A stretch of 64,000 bases of DNA from Candidatus Gottesmanbacteria bacterium. GTDB taxonomy: Bacteria > Patescibacteriota > Microgenomatia > 2-02-FULL-39-11. Numbering within the stretch: position 1 is the stretch's first letter; every line of letters starts with the position of its first letter. The translations under genes and the position numbers were made by a program. The stretch is from the NCBI GenBank assembly GCA_016186795.1, contig JACPKY010000002.1, positions 282,593 through 346,592 on the forward strand, read 5' to 3'. Below the pieces are notes generated by a model. It was not told the origin of the DNA, did no database searches, and worked only from the letters and a program-made list of their open reading frames with translations. Shown here piece by piece: positions 36,703 through 46,575 of this stretch.

Positions 36703-37904
36703 GTCTTCCGCTTCCAATTAGCCCCGCATATTGACCATACCCACATCATAATCCATGGGAAAAAAAGTGAGTTGACAAACATACTATGGACTATGACAGC
36801 AACCAGTGTGAGACGGGCGATACGATGAACAGAGAAAAAAAGCTGCCAGAGAAGAATGAGAAATACCCCAAACCCTATGATGCCAGTTGTTGCCGCGACA
36901 AAAAGGAAACTGTTATCCAATCCTGCGCCTGAATGGTTCGTTCGATAGTCACCCTCACTAACTACATACATTTGTTTTGCGTACCGAATCGTATTAAACC
37001 CAACACCCATGATCGGATGCTCGGAAAAAATGAGTAGTCCTAAACGCCAGTTTTCAATTCGTTGGTACAGACTAAATAACCGTTCAAGCTTCACTCCTTC
37101 CCCACCCGGACGTGGAAGAAGAACTATGGATCCACCCAATAAAATTATTGCTCCAAACACATACAGATACTTTTTCATAGAAATCGCATAATACCCAAGA
37201 ACTGCCAGAAGTGTTGCGTAACTACTTCGGGAATATGTAAAAAGAAGTGTTACAAAAATAATTGCTGGCTTTATGAAAAATAGGAAAGACGACCGCTTCT
37301 CAAATAGGTATAGGATGAGAGAAAAAACAAGGAGAAGTCCCAGATAATTCGGGTCAAAATACGTCGCAAAAATTCTTTTGTAGTGTGGATCCCATCCGAG
37401 ATAAAATAGGTTCCGAAGATCCGGATAGAGGAAATACTGTAACCATCCAATAATCGAAATGAAAAGACCCACTTGTGCAAAACGGTGGGAAACGAATGAG
37501 GAATCTGCAAGTGTCTTGGTAAATCGTTGAAATGTGAGGAAAATAGAAAAATAGCCAACGAATCGAGCAAGATACAAGAAAGATATACTCCTCTCAATAC
37601 TATTAAGACGGAGGGGAGTAACTATATTACTTACAAAGGCGATCGCTACAAACAGAAAAAACAGCTGAATAAATTGGTTTTTCCAAATGAGAGCCAAAAA
37701 TTCCTTCCATCGAAAAACCCATGAAAGAGTAAGAATTCCAACAAAAATATCACTCAGATACACATTGACATTTTCTATACCAAGTGGCAAAACTCCGAAC
37801 GGACCAAGAAGTAGTAAAAAAAGGAGCACGTAGACAGTAAACGATAGTTGTCTAGGCATGAGTGTTTCCGGGATGAAGTTTAAGCCAAAGTTTTGCTCGA
37901 ACAA
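36699..37904 (-). CDS. O-antigen ligase / Wzy_C-family polytopic membrane protein
   Basis: About 10 TM helices with a large loop near the C-terminus; it heads a glycosyltransferase gene cluster. Confidence 0.55.
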   Translation of the reverse strand: MFEQNFGLNFIPETLMPRQLSFTVYVLLFLLLLGPFGVLPLGIENVNVYLSDIFVGILTLSWVFRWKEFLALIWKNQFIQLFFLFVAIAFVSNIVTPLRLNSIERSISFLYLARFVGYFSIFLTFQRFTKTLADSSFVSHRFAQVGLFISIIGWLQYFLYPDLRNLFYLGWDPHYKRIFATYFDPNYLGLLLVFSLILYLFEKRSSFLFFIKPAIIFVTLLFTYSRSSYATLLAVLGYYAISMKKYLYVFGAIILLGGSIVLLPRPGGEGVKLERLFSLYQRIENWRLGLLIFSEHPIMGVGFNTIRYAKQMYVVSEGDYRTNHSGAGLDNSFLFVAATTGIIGFGVFLILLWQLFFSVHRIARLTLVAVIVHSMFVNSLFFPWIMMWVWSICGANWKRKT

Positions 37905-38616
37905 GAAACGAATGGAAACTCATCATCATGGCCATGATAAACCCAGGAGTTCCATCCAAAAATCCTAATTTCCAAAAATAATTTGCGATAAACTTTCCTC
38001 CTGGAAAGACTATTATCTCCCAACCATGTACTTTCCTTCCATGTCTCTGCCAGGCAAGAGCAAGAATATTTGTATACCAATTGATCTTATTCAAAAAAGT
38101 GGTAACGGTCGGATGTGGATAATGGTATAACGGATAAGTCAAATACCCAATCTTCCCATTAACTTTCCATTCTTCATGAACTACCCCATGCCAAATCCCA
38201 TTTCCCTTTCTTGCAAGTCTTAGAAATACGATATTTCCGGTTTCTCCAAACTTGAGAAGTTTCCCACAAAAGTAATCCTGACGTTGCACCTTGTACCCGT
38301 CAAAAAGATCTGTTGCCACCGCTTTGGTAATTTCCTGACTTAGAGAGGAGGATACAACTTCATCCGCATCCAAAAAAAACACCCATGGGCTAGTTGCTTT
38401 CGATAGTGCATAATTTCGCTGTGCAGCAAAGTCACCGGAAAGCTCATGCCGAAGAACTCGTGCACCAAGCGACATTGCAACGATCTTTGTATCATCAGAA
38501 GAATTGTCATCTACAACAATCACCTCTTTACAAAAAACAAGGCTTTTTATCGCTTGTTTGAGATTTTGACTTTCGTCCTTGGCGAGAATTACTCCAGTTA
38601 TTTCAGTTTTTTTCAT
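37852..38616 (-). CDS. Family 2 glycosyltransferase
   Basis: VILAKDESQNLKQAIKSL...VIVVDDNSSDDT (GT2 DXD region). Confidence 0.7.
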   Translation of the reverse strand: MKKTEITGVILAKDESQNLKQAIKSLVFCKEVIVVDDNSSDDTKIVAMSLGARVLRHELSGDFAAQRNYALSKATSPWVFFLDADEVVSSSLSQEITKAVATDLFDGYKVQRQDYFCGKLLKFGETGNIVFLRLARKGNGIWHGVVHEEWKVNGKIGYLTYPLYHYPHPTVTTFLNKINWYTNILALAWQRHGRKVHGWEIIVFPGGKFIANYFWKLGFLDGTPGFIMAMMMSFHSFLVRAKLWLKLHPGNTHA

Positions 38617-39424
38617 ACATGATGCGATTATATATGATTTTGAGTGTCAGCAAAGTAAGATAACATATCCCAAACGGTATATATATACCAAGATGCTTGA
38701 GAATAAATCGTAAATTCCCTCGCAAATTATAATATATCGCCTTATCTGACCAACGCCCAATTGATCCCCCCAGAGAGTGATAAACGACTATGTTTGGATC
38801 AACTGTGACCAAGAAGCCCATCTTCTTTGCCCGAACACAGAAATCAACATCTTCAAAGTAGAAAAAAAATCGCTCGTCAAACAAGCCAACTTTTCTAAAA
38901 ACATCTCGTGGGATTACCATGCAACATCCGCTGACAAAATCTGTATGATATGGTTTTTGCGGAATTTGAGATTTTTCAAAAACCTCTTTATGTTTTGTTC
39001 TGCCAGTCTTCCAATCAATTGTTCCTCCCACATCATAGACTCGCATGTTTCTGTTGGAGTGAAACTCTATCACAGGACCAACAATATCAGAAGGTGTATG
39101 GAAAAAAAGATCAAGAAAATTTCCTGGAACAATCGTGTCATTATTTAGAAGGGCAATTTTTTGAGCATCGGTTTTAAGCGCCTCTTTTACTCCTCTATTT
39201 ACCCCTTTTGCAAATCCAACATTTCCTCCTGTTTCAAGAATTTGAATATGTTTCCATTTCTTCTTTTCAATAATACGATCAAGTTCTTCCCGTTGTTCTG
39301 GACTGTTATTCACAAGATAAATCTGGAAATTGTCATCCTTTCCCACAGACTGGATGATAGATGTAAGACACTGAGATGTGTCTTTTATATTTTTATAATG
39401 AAGGATAATACACGCACATTTCAT
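38603..39424 (-). CDS. Family 2 glycosyltransferase (rhamnosyltransferase-like)
   Basis: ACIILHYKNIKDTSQCLTS...LLNNDTIV GT2-type N-terminal domain. Confidence 0.65.
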   Translation of the reverse strand: MKCACIILHYKNIKDTSQCLTSIIQSVGKDDNFQIYLVNNSPEQREELDRIIEKKKWKHIQILETGGNVGFAKGVNRGVKEALKTDAQKIALLNNDTIVPGNFLDLFFHTPSDIVGPVIEFHSNRNMRVYDVGGTIDWKTGRTKHKEVFEKSQIPQKPYHTDFVSGCCMVIPRDVFRKVGLFDERFFFYFEDVDFCVRAKKMGFLVTVDPNIVVYHSLGGSIGRWSDKAIYYNLRGNLRFILKHLGIYIPFGICYLTLLTLKIIYNRIMYEKN

Positions 39425-40551
39425 ACAATCTCCCTCATGATCTTCTCCAGTCTCTCAACTGTTTTCTCCCACGACCATTTCTTTGAAATCAATGCATTTT
39501 GCAATTTCCTTTCACCGATTGATGGACGATCCGCCATCCTATCAGTAAGCGCTTCTGCAAATACGTTTTCGTCTCGGGAAACCATGATGCTTTGCGGTAC
39601 AGTTCGTAGAATTTCCGCAATTCCACCATCTTCTACTGCAATAATTGGTATTCCACAACAGGCTGCTTCAAGAAGAACGAGTCCAAATGGTTCTTTGGAA
39701 CTTGCATATGTAAATACTTTTGCTCTGTTGTACCAACGTACCAATTGATCATCAGATATACCATCATATATTTCTATTTTCACACCTTTTTCTTTTGCAA
39801 GATTTTCCAAGTATTCTTTTTCTACTCCTTCATTACCGATTACCACCAATGTAGGCCGCGTGGATTTCGGGATATGGGAGAGGACTCGAATTAGAAAATC
39901 ATGACCTTTGAGAAGTGAAAAATCCCCAACGGTAAGAATGATATGTTCCTTTTTTTCATCCGACGGTTTAAATCGATGCGCATCAACTCCTAAGTAATTC
40001 ACTCGTGAATTACTACCATACGCGTTGTCTACCTGTGTTTTCGCAAATTGCGATATTGTCACAATCCTTGTTGCATTCCTTGCATTTGTTCTATCAATAG
40101 ACTTGAGAGGCAAACGAAACGGAAGAGTCAACGAATACGTCAGGTGATTACTTACTCTTGGAATTGTTTCATAGAATTCACGTTTCGGCTCTGGACAAAA
40201 ATATATTGAAGGGACGCGTAAATATCGAAAAATATACGGAGTCTGGGTAAGGAAACATGACCCGGCAAAAACCATATCGTAGCTACGAGTATTAATCGCT
40301 TCTGCCATTTTTTTATACATTTGTGGAAGTTCAACATAGACAGAGTACAGATTTGCCGGAAATCGTGGATAATACCTGAAGGAGAATGAAAATACCTCTC
40401 TCACAAACGGGATAAGGGGAAGATATGATTCATTTGCTGTCACTGGAATGAAAAGATCGAGCTGATGATGCGTTGAAAGGCGCTTCACTTGTTCAAAGAA
40501 AGCGCGTTTCTGTCCGCCTGCCGGAAGATTATGTACAAGTGCAATTTTCAT
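39421..40551 (-). CDS. Family 4 (GT-B) glycosyltransferase
   Basis: C-terminal EPFGLVLLEAACCGIPIIAVEDGGIAEI (Glycos_transf_1). Start at MKIALVHN (ATG 40551), an ATGA overlap with the upstream methyltransferase stop. Confidence 0.75.
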   Translation of the reverse strand: MKIALVHNLPAGGQKRAFFEQVKRLSTHHQLDLFIPVTANESYLPLIPFVREVFSFSFRYYPRFPANLYSVYVELPQMYKKMAEAINTRSYDMVFAGSCFLTQTPYIFRYLRVPSIYFCPEPKREFYETIPRVSNHLTYSLTLPFRLPLKSIDRTNARNATRIVTISQFAKTQVDNAYGSNSRVNYLGVDAHRFKPSDEKKEHIILTVGDFSLLKGHDFLIRVLSHIPKSTRPTLVVIGNEGVEKEYLENLAKEKGVKIEIYDGISDDQLVRWYNRAKVFTYASSKEPFGLVLLEAACCGIPIIAVEDGGIAEILRTVPQSIMVSRDENVFAEALTDRMADRPSIGERKLQNALISKKWSWEKTVERLEKIMREIV

Positions 40552-41210
40552 TGTGAAAACAGACCGATAAACTGATATCCAAGAAGGGTTGGAAATGCTT
40601 TCGTAATATGATACTGGATATTTTTTGGAGTGTAATTCAGATACTTTCCGATGGCAGTAATTTGAGAAAATCCTGAGGCAACATCGAGCTCTCGAAGATT
40701 CCATTTTGCCTCCCAGAAAAGCTTAAGAAATGTTTTTTTTGTATAGAACCGAAGATGTGTCTGATCCATAATACCGGTATCACGATACGTAAACTTTCCG
40801 CAAAGAAGCATAAGGCGAATTGAAAGAAAAGCAATATTTGGGATGGATACGATGATAACTCCATTCGATTTAAGATACCGATGGAGTAAAAGGAGAAACT
40901 TTGAAGGATAGGGAAGATGTTCAACAACATCAAGAAGAAGAATAACGTCAAAGAAGTTTTTCCTAACAGGAAGAGAGGCTGCTTTCGTAAGATCCATCCG
41001 ATAGACTTTTTCGCAATATTTTTTTGCAATGAGAAGTGCTTCTACATCGATATCTATCCCCCACACTTTGCATGCCCGTTTTTCTTTCAATTCCTTTGCA
41101 AAATATCCCGTAGCACAGCCAATATCAAGAACCTTACAACTTTTTGGAATTTTCCGAAACGTTAGCCAATGCCCCTCATACGGAGTGGGGTTAAAGTGGT
41201 TGTAGAACAT
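40548..41210 (-). CDS. Class I SAM-dependent methyltransferase
   Basis: Motif I VLDIGCATGYFAKEL. Confidence 0.75.
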   Translation of the reverse strand: MFYNHFNPTPYEGHWLTFRKIPKSCKVLDIGCATGYFAKELKEKRACKVWGIDIDVEALLIAKKYCEKVYRMDLTKAASLPVRKNFFDVILLLDVVEHLPYPSKFLLLLHRYLKSNGVIIVSIPNIAFLSIRLMLLCGKFTYRDTGIMDQTHLRFYTKKTFLKLFWEAKWNLRELDVASGFSQITAIGKYLNYTPKNIQYHITKAFPTLLGYQFIGLFSQ

Positions 41211-41213
41211 AAA

Positions 41214-42035
41214 TTATTTTGCGTAATTATATTTTTCCATTTTAGTAAACATTCCAACAACTATGCCAAAGTCGAATATCACTTTGAAAACAACGAATAA
41301 GAAAGGTGCACCATTAATTACATTTCGATAAGCTATCTTCAAGGAATTCAAAATAGAATATCTTAGAATATTTCTGATAGATAAATTAAGTTTATTTGAT
41401 CGCCCTATCCATCGTGCGGAAAAAAACACATCCTTGAGGGTATCGGGATTATAATGATAACAAATTGCATTATTTACCGCTTTTGCAAATACCCCAAATT
41501 TACTTAGTGATCCATCGTCAAAATATCCCCAGGCAGAATTATACCCTGATGTTTGTTCAAAAGTTTTTTTGAGTATTGCACGGAAGGCTAGTTCTTTATA
41601 CTCTCTGTCTATATTTACTCTCCTTTTAAAAGGCAAATTACTATTTATATTCCAACATTTAGCCCAAATATTCTCCATATTTTGAACATACTCTTCAGTC
41701 GTATAAGTGCATAGACATTTTCCTTTTATTATTGGAGCAGTAATATTCTTAATGTAGTTTTTATCTAGAAGCATATCAGCATCTATAAATACTAAAATTT
41801 CTCCTCTGGCTTTAGATGCACCGTAGTTTTTAGCATTACCTGGGCCACTATGATTAATTTTATAAATCTCCACCTCATATTTCCTAGCAATACTAGAGGT
41901 AGAATCAGTAGAACCATCATCTATTACGATCACATTGAATGGTTTAACAGTCTGTTTAGATATTGAACCAAGGCAATGTGAGATATATTTTTCTTCATTA
42001 TAAGCTGGAATAATAATAGAAATTTGTTTGCTCAT
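41214..42035 (-). CDS. Family 2 glycosyltransferase
   Basis: ISIIIPAYNEEKYISHCLGSI...VIVIDDGSTDST...FIDADM. Confidence 0.75.
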   Translation of the reverse strand: MSKQISIIIPAYNEEKYISHCLGSISKQTVKPFNVIVIDDGSTDSTSSIARKYEVEIYKINHSGPGNAKNYGASKARGEILVFIDADMLLDKNYIKNITAPIIKGKCLCTYTTEEYVQNMENIWAKCWNINSNLPFKRRVNIDREYKELAFRAILKKTFEQTSGYNSAWGYFDDGSLSKFGVFAKAVNNAICYHYNPDTLKDVFFSARWIGRSNKLNLSIRNILRYSILNSLKIAYRNVINGAPFLFVVFKVIFDFGIVVGMFTKMEKYNYAK

Positions 42036-42077
42036 ATAATTTAATTTAGAATTATTTTATTAAGAAAATATTCAAGT

Positions 42078-44468
42078 ATGAAAATAGCAAATAGCCTATT
42101 AAGTTTATTACTTCTTTTATTTGCATTTCTTTTATCTCCAAGTATTGTATCCTCTTCATTCATACGTAACAGCAATCCTGTAATTGATAGTTTTAATCTT
42201 CCTCCCTGGGCAAAACAAATCTATGCACCAGTAATAATTTTGACTGATAATTCAATGCTATTACTTCTTAGTGGAAGTAATCAATCATCTAGACAAATCG
42301 GTTATTCTAATTCAAACAATCCCTATAATTGGAGTATACTTTCTGATCCATTAATCGCACAAAACTTCATAAGCGAAGAAAATATTGGAGTAGAACACCC
42401 AAGTATTATTTTAACTAGTCAACAACAATATAAATTATGGTTTAATAATGTAGTTTTACAATTTCCAAACTATAATTTTAATTTATATTTCACTTCTTCA
42501 CAAAATCTTGTGAACTGGTCTTCGCCTAAAAATTTAATTTTTGATAAATTTACTAGCTGGGATAGTTATTCAAAAACAGCACCAAGCGTGTTATTTAACA
42601 CTTTACTGAGTAAATATCAAATGTGGTATACGGGCAATGGAAATATAGGTAACGAAGTTCGCTGGCGTATTGGCTTCGCAACATCAGAGGATGGAATTAG
42701 TTGGCAAAAAAATTCGGAACCCGTACTTGATGCAGATCAACCTTGGGAAAATAGCGGACCCCATTGGGGTATTGGGAATCCCTCCGTTTTACTAGAAAAC
42801 AACACCTTCCACATGTTCTATCATGCAGACAATGATATCGGACATGCGACGTCGACTGATGGTATACATTGGACGAAAGACCCGAACAATCCGGTATTCA
42901 CCCATAATAGCGATCCGAATGCATTTGATGGATACAGGGTAATGGATCCATATGTACTCAAATGGGGCGATAAATACCTCATGTATTACACAGGATCAGA
43001 TACCCATGGTAAATGGCAAATCGGAGTCGCTGAAAGTGATTCGTTAGATAGTGCAGTTTCTACTCCAACACCATCGCCAACTATCTCTCCATCTATAACT
43101 CCAACTCCCTCACCAACTGCAACAGTAACACCAACCCCCAGAGATGTATCACACGATCCGGTAATTCTCATTCCAGGACTGGGGGCATCATGGAATCCGC
43201 AGGCAATTTTTTCCTGTACGCTCAACTCCTACGGGGAATGGAATCTTGGCCCGTATGTCTCTCTCTACGAACGACTTCTTTCGACATTTACAAAAAAACT
43301 TTCACTGAAACGGAATGAAGACGTATACCTCTATACATACGATTGGCGTCTTCCACTTGATACTCAAGGAGCAAATTTAAAGGAATACATTGAATCGGTA
43401 CTTCGAAAGAAACTTTCAGACATAAAAGTCCGCCTTATTGGTCACAGTCTCGGTGGACTCGTTATTCGAAGTTACCTTTCAAATTACCCAAACGACCAAA
43501 AAGCATCGATTGTGGTAACTGTTGGAACTCCTCATCAAGGAACCATTCTTGCATATCCTCTTTGGGAAAATGGAGAAATCTGGTACGATGATTTCGTTGT
43601 CAAAATAGCGATCACCCAACTTATCAATCACTGCAGACGAGTACGTCTGTTTTCCTCAGCCGTATCTGATTTCCATCGAACACGCGTTGAAAGTAACCGA
43701 GAGACGCTACAAACACTTATTCCATCACTTCGGACACTCCTGCCAACATTCGATTTTCTCAAACAGGATAACTCCATTATTCCGATAGAAAAATTTTTCT
43801 ACACGAATAATTGGCTTCTCACGCATCAAATTCCCCAAGATCTACCAATAGCTCTTTACACACTTTCTGGCAATAATATATCTACACTGCGCTATCTCAA
43901 TGTGACGAATCCCTCAAGAGATGATGTATACGCGGGAAATTGGCCTGATGGGTATCCAACCAGTCAAGAAAAATTATCTGATGGAGATGGTACGGTTCTT
44001 GGGATAAGCAGTATCCTTCCCCAGGCTGTGAATGAAGTTACAACTGGTGACCACAGAGAAATCATTGCAACAGATCATGCCATTGAAACAATTCTTCGTC
44101 TCCTCAATCTTCCCGATGTCGAACCCGATGAAAAAATACCACTTGAACTCTCGGCAAACGCTGCACTTATTATCTCAATTCCCACCGCAGGAAAAGTTAC
44201 TGTAGAATTCGGGAGACAACAATTCTATTCAGAAAACCAAATACTCACACTGTATAACCCAGAATCGGGTGTATATACTGCCACAGTTGTTCCTTTCCAA
44301 ACAATACAATCGGTCATTGAGCTTTCTTATGTCACAAAGGACACGCCGATAAGCACTTTTTTGGAAAAAGAACTATTTTTCAGGAAAAATGTACCGATGA
44401 AATTCACATTTGAGCTTGAAATGAATGGCCAGTTGAAGTTACCGACACGATTGCAACAGCGCAGTTGA
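42078..44468 (+). CDS. Secreted two-domain protein: N-terminal GH43/GH32/GH130-like five-bladed beta-propeller, P/T/S-rich linker, C-terminal LCAT-like alpha/beta-hydrolase (lipase/acyltransferase)
   Basis: Signal peptide; propeller motifs WGIGNPSVL..FHMFY and DPYVLKWGDKYLMYYTG; linker STPTPSPTISPSITPTPSPTATVTPTP; C-terminal YDWRLPLD and LIGHSLGG, matching the LCAT-family YDWR and nucleophile-elbow motifs. Confidence 0.6.
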   Translation: MKIANSLLSLLLLLFAFLLSPSIVSSSFIRNSNPVIDSFNLPPWAKQIYAPVIILTDNSMLLLLSGSNQSSRQIGYSNSNNPYNWSILSDPLIAQNFISEENIGVEHPSIILTSQQQYKLWFNNVVLQFPNYNFNLYFTSSQNLVNWSSPKNLIFDKFTSWDSYSKTAPSVLFNTLLSKYQMWYTGNGNIGNEVRWRIGFATSEDGISWQKNSEPVLDADQPWENSGPHWGIGNPSVLLENNTFHMFYHADNDIGHATSTDGIHWTKDPNNPVFTHNSDPNAFDGYRVMDPYVLKWGDKYLMYYTGSDTHGKWQIGVAESDSLDSAVSTPTPSPTISPSITPTPSPTATVTPTPRDVSHDPVILIPGLGASWNPQAIFSCTLNSYGEWNLGPYVSLYERLLSTFTKKLSLKRNEDVYLYTYDWRLPLDTQGANLKEYIESVLRKKLSDIKVRLIGHSLGGLVIRSYLSNYPNDQKASIVVTVGTPHQGTILAYPLWENGEIWYDDFVVKIAITQLINHCRRVRLFSSAVSDFHRTRVESNRETLQTLIPSLRTLLPTFDFLKQDNSIIPIEKFFYTNNWLLTHQIPQDLPIALYTLSGNNISTLRYLNVTNPSRDDVYAGNWPDGYPTSQEKLSDGDGTVLGISSILPQAVNEVTTGDHREIIATDHAIETILRLLNLPDVEPDEKIPLELSANAALIISIPTAGKVTVEFGRQQFYSENQILTLYNPESGVYTATVVPFQTIQSVIELSYVTKDTPISTFLEKELFFRKNVPMKFTFELEMNGQLKLPTRLQQRS

Positions 44469-44473
44469 TCTAG

Positions 44474-44545
44474 TGCGCGCACATGGACTTGAACCATGGG
44501 CCTCTTCGATGTGAACGAAGCGCTCTACCACTGAGCTATGCGCGC
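44474..44545 (-). tRNA. tRNA-Val (anticodon CAC), CCA not encoded
   Basis: Reverse strand GCGCGCAtaGCTCagtggtaGAGCgCTTCGttcacatCGAAGaggccCATGGttcaagtCCATGTGCGCGCa gives a perfect cloverleaf. Confidence 0.75.
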
Positions 44546-44596
44546 TTTAAGCTTCTCTGCCAATCAGAAATACCATCACATTATACATAAATCCCC

Positions 44597-44626
44597 TTGC
44601 CATGCCAAAGGGGCGTACCCTATAAT
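44597..44626 (+). promoter_or_regulatory. Sigma70-like promoter TTGCCA-18-TATAAT upstream of a structured leader and lepB
   Basis: Seen in the sequence. It is followed by hairpins at 44649-44667 and 44683-44716 and a T7 run ending at the lepB ATG. Confidence 0.35.
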
Positions 44627-44727
44627 GAGTCTATACTCTTCTTACTGTATCCCGATTAAATCGGGATCAGTCTAGAAGGCGTTATACCCGTAACAATTTC
44701 AACTGTGAAGGGTATACATCTTTTTTT

Positions 44728-45423
44728 ATGAGCAAACAAAGTTCACCAAGGGTGGCAATCGATTCAGAAATAGCAGAAGTAATTCCCACAGTCGTTGTGT
44801 CGAAACCTCCTCCCCCTGAGGCGCCTGAAAACGACTCCCAAGAAAGTGACAATTTCATTGTAAGAGCAATAAAAAAGCTTATCAGCCTGTTTTTGGATTT
44901 TTTGGAAACAATTGTCGTTGCCCTTTCAATTTTTGTTGTTGTGTATCTTTTCATCTTTCAACCGCATGAGATAAAAGGAAGCTCAATGGAACCAAATTTC
45001 TTTAATAATGAGTATATCCTCACAGATAAGATCTCATATCGTTTTGGCGAGCCGAAACGAGGTGACGTCATCATCCTGAAAGCCCCAAAAAATCCCGATA
45101 TCGACTATATCAAGCGAGTAATAGGACTTCCCAATGAAAGGTTAAAGGTACAAAATGGCTTTGTGTATATTAATGGGGAACAACTTCTTGAACCGTATAT
45201 TTCTGAAACAACAAACCTTTTCCCAGGGAGTTATATGCAAGAAGGTGTCGAAATTACCGTTCCTGAAGGATTTTACTTTGTCATGGGAGATAACAGGCAA
45301 CATAGTTCCGATTCGCGTGAATTCGGTCCTATCTCATCTGATCTAATCATTGGACGGGCATTCTTACGATATTGGCCTCCCAAACAGTTTGGGCCACTGG
45401 AAGCGGTGCGGTACAGTTTATGA
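44728..45423 (+). CDS. lepB: Signal peptidase I (S26 family)
   Basis: Catalytic-region motifs GSSMEPN and GDNRQHSSDSR with a TM anchor; there is no obvious SD. Confidence 0.8.
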   Translation: MSKQSSPRVAIDSEIAEVIPTVVVSKPPPPEAPENDSQESDNFIVRAIKKLISLFLDFLETIVVALSIFVVVYLFIFQPHEIKGSSMEPNFFNNEYILTDKISYRFGEPKRGDVIILKAPKNPDIDYIKRVIGLPNERLKVQNGFVYINGEQLLEPYISETTNLFPGSYMQEGVEITVPEGFYFVMGDNRQHSSDSREFGPISSDLIIGRAFLRYWPPKQFGPLEAVRYSL

Positions 45424-46242
45424 TTTGATAAGAATCTGGTGGATTTTTTTTACGTAATCCCCAGTTTTTTCTGGAGGACCCTTAAGAAGAATACTGATTT
45501 TAGCAGCTACCGTTGATTGCGTTATCTTCACACTCGCATCAAATTTCTGACCTAACTCTTTTGCAATTGATTCAAGTTCGACGCTTTGAATCCGCTCGCG
45601 TACAGCACGTGATGTTGGTTCCGTTTTCTCCTTTATCTTCCTTACCAAGTCCTCGGCTCGTCGGACTGACGCTCCTTCAACAAGAATTTGCTTATATACA
45701 TCAACCATCATTTTCACATCGGTAAGTCCTGCAATTGCCCGTGCATGGCCTTCTGTGACATCCCCTGAGATAAGTCCATCTTTTATCGCATCGGGCAAAG
45801 CAAGAAGTCGCAACGTATTGGATACATAGGCAGGACTTTTCCCTATCCGTTTGGCAATTTCCGTCACAGACAGGGCAAATTCGTCAATGAGTCTTTGAAA
45901 TCCTTGTGCTCTTTCAATCGGGTTAAGGTCTTCCCGTTGGACATTTTCAACAAGAGCTAACTCCAACATCCCCTGGGTTGAGGTTTCTTTAACAACAACT
46001 GGGACAGTTTTTAATCCGACGATCTTTGCAGCTCTCCACCGTCTCTCTCCTGCGACAATTTGGAAGCCCGCTGGAGTTTTGGCAACGACGAGAGGTTCCA
46101 ATATGCCATGCTCTTTGATAGATTCGACGAGATCAACAAGAGATTCAGATTTAATAAGACTCCGCACCTGAAGAGGATTTGGTTGTAACAGGTTGATCTC
46201 AAGATCAATCAACTGTTGGTGACTTCCAGTATTCATATGCAA
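45418..46242 (-). CDS. parB: ParB/Spo0J-family partition protein (no parA in window)
   Basis: ParB box LEPLVV...GERRWRAAK and an HTH region. Confidence 0.8.
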   Translation of the reverse strand: MHMNTGSHQQLIDLEINLLQPNPLQVRSLIKSESLVDLVESIKEHGILEPLVVAKTPAGFQIVAGERRWRAAKIVGLKTVPVVVKETSTQGMLELALVENVQREDLNPIERAQGFQRLIDEFALSVTEIAKRIGKSPAYVSNTLRLLALPDAIKDGLISGDVTEGHARAIAGLTDVKMMVDVYKQILVEGASVRRAEDLVRKIKEKTEPTSRAVRERIQSVELESIAKELGQKFDASVKITQSTVAAKISILLKGPPEKTGDYVKKIHQILIKS

Positions 46243-46491
46243 CTAGTGTTGGACAACAACGAACGTTCGTCCGTATCGCCTTTTAAATTGGACTGTACCG
46301 TCACAAATTGCGTAGATGGTGTAATCTCTTCCATATCGTGTCCCATCTCCTGCTTTAAACTTTGCTCCACGTTGACGAACGAGAATATTTCCCGACACGA
46401 CAGAACTCCCCCCGTACACTTTGATACCAAGGCGTTTCCCAATTGAATCACGATTTCCTTTTGTTGCTGCTCCCGTTTTTATGTGTGCCAT
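46243..46491 (-). CDS. rpmA: 50S ribosomal protein L27
   Basis: MAHIKTGAATKGNRDSIGKRLGIKVYGG...VRQRGAKFKAG. Confidence 0.85.
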   Translation of the reverse strand: MAHIKTGAATKGNRDSIGKRLGIKVYGGSSVVSGNILVRQRGAKFKAGDGTRYGRDYTIYAICDGTVQFKRRYGRTFVVVQH

Positions 46492-46575
46492 AGGTTTACT
46501 CTACACTACGAATTTGATTTTGTGAAGTACTGCTTTCGTATCCTTTTCGTATCATTTCCTATCAAATTTTCACGA

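Noticed and set aside
42078-43060. GC-composition break inside the GH43-LCAT gene as evidence of a chimeric origin
   Set aside because: The spot GC counts rise gradually within the propeller domain rather than at the domain boundary; the difference may be codon or amino-acid bias (an Asn-rich N-terminal half).
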